Below are positions 20,601 through 24,148 of a stretch of 24,148 nt of DNA, piece after piece. A program made the position numbers and the translations under genes. The notes below the pieces were generated by a model, which searched no databases, was not told the DNA's origin, and worked only from the letters and a program-made list of their open reading frames with translations. Position 1 is the stretch's first letter. Each line of letters opens with the position of its first letter. The stretch is from Perkinsela sp. CCAP 1560/9 (Eukaryota; Protista; Euglenozoa: Kinetoplastea), in NCBI GenBank assembly GCA_965644495.1, contig CBFFSA010000078.1, positions 1 to 24,148 on the forward strand, given 5' to 3'.

Positions 20601-22419
20601 GAATCAACAAATGATTACCAGTCAAGGCTGGATTTCTCCAAACCTTAACTACAGTTGCATAAAACAAAGTATACGCAGCAACCATCTTAAAACGAGTAAG
20701 TGTCTGTACTGCAGCACCAATGCCACCAGACCGATGCTTCCCTTGACCTTCTTCACCTTCCAACTGATCCCATAATCTTGAATCAGCCATCGTCACCGTA
20801 ACTGCTGAATCATGGATAGTCCAAATATTCAGCGATTTCGAATCACCCCACGTAATCGGAACATACAATTTCGTCGAATCTGGAGGTGGTGAAATTGGGC
20901 CAAGAGCATTCTCCTCACTCACACTGAGAGGTGAATTAACATCTCTCAAAAATTGTTTATACATCTTGTCTTCTTCCATTAAAGATGAAGCACTGGCATC
21001 AGCACTGGCTCCTTCCTCCGGTAGCAGAAAACAACCATCTTTGGGAGTCGAGCGTTCAGGACAGTCTTTCTTCTTGTGACCAGGTTGCAAACATTTGATA
21101 CACAAATTTTTTCCTTTGATCTCTTTCCAAGAAATTTTTTTCTCCTTCGCACTCTCGTTCCCATTCTCGTTCGAAGACGTCGATGAAGGCGGTGGTTTCT
21201 TCTTGTAACACTGACTTTCCGAATGGCCAGTTTTCTTACAAAATGCACAAGTTGCCTTTTTCTTTAGCACCTTTGCATCCTCCTTCAACAAAACAAACTG
21301 GTCTGTGTCTTCGACCTCAAAGGCATGGTCCACTAAAACTCTCCAATGAACCTCCTGGTCACGCTCAAACGCTTGACCAAAATTCCTCGCCCAAAGTAAT
21401 TCATATTCTGTGCGAGAATTCTCTCGGAGCTTTAATTTTGCTTCTTTCGAATTCAAATCCAACCGAAGCTCCAACAGAAACCAAGAGAGTCGCTCTGCAA
21501 ATTTCTTTATACATTCTGACTCCTCCTGAACCACCAAACCCAAGAGTCCCTCCACCTTCTGACTGAAGTTGGCTCCCAAATTCGATTTTTTTAAAAACTT
21601 AAACATCTGGTTCACCGTCCAATCCGAGGTATCTGACTGTACAAAATCAGACTTCGTTGTTCCAGATACTGCCCGCAAGAGATACTTCTTCTGCACCCCC
21701 TCTTGCAAACCTTCAGCCTTCATCAAAATCTTAAACGAAAACTGAAACTCAAGGACTTTCGCAACGTCCTTCGTTAGGGTTTTTAATTTTGGTAGATTGT
21801 CAAGTTTCTTTAACCAATCTCCCGAGCCCGTGGATGATTCAAACAAACCAACTGAAGGATTAGCTACTCCCCTTGGTATTCTGGCTCGCCTCCTTGAATC
21901 ACTCCCACTCGAGGAAGAACAATCTGACACAGACTGCTCCCTCTTCATCACGTGATAATTTGATTCCGACTCAGTTGAAGAAGTGGCTTCCTTCTCTTCC
22001 AACTTTGTCATTCTTCTTCCAGGAATTCTCAAATTCCCTGGAACACCTGAAGGTCCTACTCGACTTCTTATGTCTGAGTACTCAGGTTCCGATGTCTCGA
22101 ATTTTGTCTCACGAGCCAATGTTTGTTTCAAGAGCTTCAACGTAACTTGGATCGTAGAAATTCGCTTCTGCAAACTCGCAATGGCCTCTTCATGAAACTC
22201 ACCCTCATCTAGATTGAGATTAATCACCTGATCCATTAATGTGAGTTCAAGTTTCCTCAGTTTGTCATAACGCTGGACAACTTCAGACTCCAGTGACCCT
22301 GACAAGACTGATAATGACAACTCAGACGACGACATCCGTTCAATTTCACTTTCTGCATCTTGATCCTCTTGTTCCAAACTAAGGGGCGTCTCATGGGCCT
22401 CCTCCTTTGCTGACTCCAT
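17650..22419 (-). CDS. Gag-Pol polyprotein (2 CCHC knuckles, protease, RT, RNase H, integrase, chromodomain)
   Basis: CAFCKKTGHSESQC and CIKCLQPGHKKKDC; protease-like HDSA; RT with IDLTEAYHHI, MSFG and YLDN; RNase H TDASQYAVGAVL; integrase HHCC plus D-D-E (MDF, SDQD, AVER); GPF motif; chromodomain YEFEKILD..EYLVKWKYYDETSWQP. First ATG is at 22419; the track start at 22437 is TTG. Confidence 0.95.
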   Translation of the reverse strand: MESAKEEAHETPLSLEQEDQDAESEIERMSSSELSLSVLSGSLESEVVQRYDKLRKLELTLMDQVINLNLDEGEFHEEAIASLQKRISTIQVTLKLLKQTLARETKFETSEPEYSDIRSRVGPSGVPGNLRIPGRRMTKLEEKEATSSTESESNYHVMKREQSVSDCSSSSGSDSRRRARIPRGVANPSVGLFESSTGSGDWLKKLDNLPKLKTLTKDVAKVLEFQFSFKILMKAEGLQEGVQKKYLLRAVSGTTKSDFVQSDTSDWTVNQMFKFLKKSNLGANFSQKVEGLLGLVVQEESECIKKFAERLSWFLLELRLDLNSKEAKLKLRENSRTEYELLWARNFGQAFERDQEVHWRVLVDHAFEVEDTDQFVLLKEDAKVLKKKATCAFCKKTGHSESQCYKKKPPPSSTSSNENGNESAKEKKISWKEIKGKNLCIKCLQPGHKKKDCPERSTPKDGCFLLPEEGASADASASSLMEEDKMYKQFLRDVNSPLSVSEENALGPISPPPDSTKLYVPITWGDSKSLNIWTIHDSAVTVTMADSRLWDQLEGEEGQGKHRSGGIGAAVQTLTRFKMVAAYTLFYATVVKVWRNPALTGNHLLIHHEDAKRLGVTVQGIEAVFPSIARQVQVDDRQWLDDNEDQSQEEQWDDESVKLFIQSIDDALKENQRLQENSHCVLPGSEFKISLKEDTPKFVPQYPIPEKLKGKVMERVNEWVKKGFVKKWDKDEKNLWNSPLLAVPKKSGGRVDPDDIRVCLDLRAVNALTKDPSNILPSPAELFERVRGAKYFTEIDLTEAYHHIVVSEKSQPLLGFLAPDKSQYVYVRMSFGPKGAVTHFQVQGERVIGVSDEAASYLDNFLVFSKELENHSNEAHRVIRKLTRAGFRIKMKKSKFCMKRIQFMGHLIDGFTREIDSFKKEMAQKMVKPQTGKQVESLLGFLNFLRDFVPNYATIAAPLDKLRKMRRLGKAWGEEQDKSFDFFKEVISNAPVLSQPDWDREFRIATDASQYAVGAVLYQVDANDKKRYIVFASKTLQAGQRNYPAPKRELLAIIFAIRKFRSYVFGRKFRVETDHKALVYLNSSTKFMILDWLDFLLDYNFYIVYQKGIHNVLPDYLSRLYQEKYPVTDDSTEPAINTCDVAVLECEDEPVEGTKRYLEEFIGNVLGKKEPEEEEKLPLVKEKHEESHAGVSGTVRKLFRAGYYWPSMRRMVITVCRGCVVCLKYNHGRIGFHPITPVTSALPMDIIGMDFICGLPESNEGYTIVLIVIDIASRFVILCKLISKEAESVAEALLSVFANFGVPKEIQSDQDPSFFNKVMEAFRNASTAKSRKVMRYYPAQNGAVERYVREVSGLVVKLLEGDMTNWVKFLPVVQMSLNDRYISRHKSTPFAVMFARERNQAANYEGLELEVATPEKLLERNRKMVYSVYPALAKLSKEAGKKGCDDANEMRRKKRSLRPKPLAIGTSVMKEVDKRTTKWQQRWEGPFRIAKYNNETKGYSLECIDGKVLEAEVPIARLKVIPGETNLSDIYEFEKILDDRGKDGEKEYLVKWKYYDETSWQPASDFLADDAIREYNAKRRKSTRRVKKK

Positions 22420-22495
22420 GGAGAAAAAGTTTTCCAAAAAAAAATGGATTTACAACCGATTAAACTCGACGCACACGAGGAAAAGACCAAAAAAA

Positions 22496-22802
22496 AGTTG
22501 AGTCCTCTACGGAATAGTATGGAGATAGAGACAAGAACAGAGAACAAGAACAAAGAACAAAGAAAGAACAAGCTTGGTTCAATGTCTTTTATCAAATGCG
22601 TTCCAAAAGCCAAAAAGAACAAAAGAAAGTTTACGCTCTTTCGCCCACAAATGGGTCCAAAGAACAAAACCTCTTTTGTACAAAAAAGGGCAACAAATAA
22701 TTTACAATTATTCACAATCGGAAAACACACACAAAACAGTTCAGTGTTTCCGCTCACCAACAAAACGACAAAGTCAACAAAACCAACTATGACAACCCAA
22801 CA
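22496..22802 (-). repeat. Gypsy 5' LTR
   Basis: Direct repeat of 17236-17542. Minus-strand termini are TGTTG...CAACT. Confidence 0.95.
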
Positions 22803-23497
22803 TAACTCGCATCGGAGTAACCTCTCGGGATAGGAATCAAAACTTGGTCTTGAGAAGCTCCAGAGTTCCACCAGTAGTGTAAACCTTTCTCCTTGGTTCC
22901 CTTGAGATACTCAATAACTTGCACAATAGCCTTCCAATGTTCTGGTCCAGGGTTGGATACAAAGCGTGCGAGAGAACAGACAGCATACATAACGTCAGGA
23001 CGGGTACAGGCAGCAACATAAAGCAATGAACCAATGGCTTCACGGTAAGGAAATTTTTCATTTCTATCCTTCCCCTCCAGTGAATTTGCGGCGAGATGTG
23101 TACCTTTCTGCATTGGTATGCGACGTATTCTCTTTCCTTCTGCGTCATACTTCTTTGCAATCTTCTCAATATAATTTGTTTGGGTCATGTGACAGCCATG
23201 CTCATCCCATCTGAATCGAATTCCAAGAGCATAATCCAAAACTCCAAGCAATTTTGTTTGGAACGACTTTGTAAGTTCACCCTCTATTCTTACCCTCTCA
23301 CTCTCAGAATTCCCAGTGTAGAATAGATCATCCACGTAGATGGCAAAGATGGTAATGAACCGTCCTTCGATTTTTCGGTATACACACGGTTCTTTCTCAC
23401 AATTTTGGTAGCCTTGCTTGATGAAGAAAATATGTAGAACCACGTTCCAGTTTTTTCCAGCATCAGGCGCACCATACAAGGATTTTTCAAGGATTGC
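22803..23497 (-). pseudogene. Copia pol fragment (C-terminal part of RT up to the start of RNase H)
   Basis: AILEKSLYGAPDAGKNW..EPCVY..AIYVDDLFYTG..GYSDASY. It has no start codon and is cut by telomere repeats. Confidence 0.92.
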
Positions 23498-24142
23498 AGG
23501 GTTTAGGGTTTAGGGTTTAGGGTTTAGGGTTTAGGGTTTAGGGTTTAGGGTTTAGGGTTTAGGGTTTAGGGTTTAGGGTTTAGGGTTTAGGGTTTAGGGT
23601 TTAGGGTTTAGGGTTTAGGGTTTAGGGTTTAGGGTTTAGGGTTTAGGGTTTAGGGTTTAGGGTTTAGGGTTTAGGGTTTAGGGTTTAGGGTTTAGGGTTT
23701 AGGGTTTAGGGTTTAGGGTTTAGGGTTTAGGGTTTAGGGTTTAGGGTTTAGGGTTTAGGGTTTAGGGTTTAGGGTTTAGGGTTTAGGGTTTAGGGTTTAG
23801 GGTTTAGGGTTTAGGGTTTAGGGTTTAGGGTTTAGGGTTTAGGGTTTAGGGTTTAGGGTTTAGGGTTTAGGGTTTAGGGTTTAGGGTTTAGGGTTTAGGG
23901 TTTAGGGTTTAGGGTTTAGGGTTTAGGGTTTAGGGTTTAGGGTTTAGGGTTTAGGGTTTAGGGTTTAGGGTTTAGGGTTTAGGGTTTAGGGTTTAGGGTT
24001 TAGGGTTTAGGGTTTAGGGTTTAGGGTTTAGGGTTTAGGGTTTAGGGTTTAGGGTTAGGGTTTAGGGTTTAGGGTTTAGGTTTAGGGTTTAGGGTTAGGG
24101 GTTTAGGGGTTAGGGTTTAGGTTTAGGGTTTAGGGTTTAGGG
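23498..24142 (+). repeat. Telomeric array (TTTAGGG)n, about 92 units
   Basis: The G-rich strand runs 5'->3' toward the window end. There are occasional TTTAGGGG units and, distally, TTAGGG and TTTAGG variants. Confidence 0.98.
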
Positions 24143-24148
24143 TTATTT

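Larger units (their letters stand above)
17236..22802 (-). mobile_element. Full-length Ty3/gypsy chromovirus-type LTR retrotransposon (5567 bp)
   Basis: Two 307-bp LTRs, a 5-bp TSD TAACT (17231-17235 and 22803-22807), a single gag-pol ORF, and PPT GCGGGGGG at 17543-17550. Confidence 0.96.
16134..23497 (-). mobile_element. Ty1/copia LTR retrotransposon, 5'-truncated by the telomere and interrupted by a gypsy element
   Basis: Copia RT motifs (KSLYG, AIYVDDL, PYREAIGSLLY, TRPDV) lie at 23497-22803. RNase H continues at 17230-16792. A PPT lies at 16644-16655 and the 3' LTR at 16134-16643. Confidence 0.93.

Noticed and set aside
22257-22871. Hydrophobic 204-aa ORF that might be env-like
   Set aside because: It is a translation of the T-rich LTR strand, repeated at 17234-17503, and crosses the element boundary.
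16134-23497. Telomere-maintaining retrotransposon array (HeT-A/TART-like)
   Set aside because: These are LTR elements, present once and capped by ordinary telomerase-type repeats.
24050-24148. Variant telomere units and terminal TTATTT as a sign of mixed telomerase templates
   Set aside because: They are confined to the contig end, where consensus quality is usually low, and cannot be told from sequencing error.

Overview
Eukaryotic chromosome end from a compact, AT-rich genome with short introns. It is probably a protist; amoebozoan is a guess from the GTTT-type splice donors and gene style, and is unverified. From left to right: (1) a 5'-partial gene fusing a Ppx/GppA-type (ASKHA) phosphatase domain to a viperin radical-SAM domain; (2) a two-exon TRIM-NHL gene (RING, two B-boxes, coiled coil, NHL repeats); (3) an intronless DUF6348-like gene; (4) a two-exon, ~1600-aa RNF213-like E3 module with an RZ finger but no visible AAA+ ring; (5) an intronless MerB-like gene; (6) an ankyrin gene with 15 exons, one repeat per exon, and all introns in phase 0. 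A Ty1/copia element interrupts the ankyrin gene. A full-length chromodomain Ty3/gypsy element (identical 307-bp LTRs, 5-bp TSD) sits inside the copia. The copia is cut within its RT by a (TTTAGGG)n telomere. Most notable are the Ppx-viperin fusion and the clustering of innate-immunity-type genes next to the telomere, a candidate eukaryotic defence island. All family calls come from motif recognition by eye; no searches were run.
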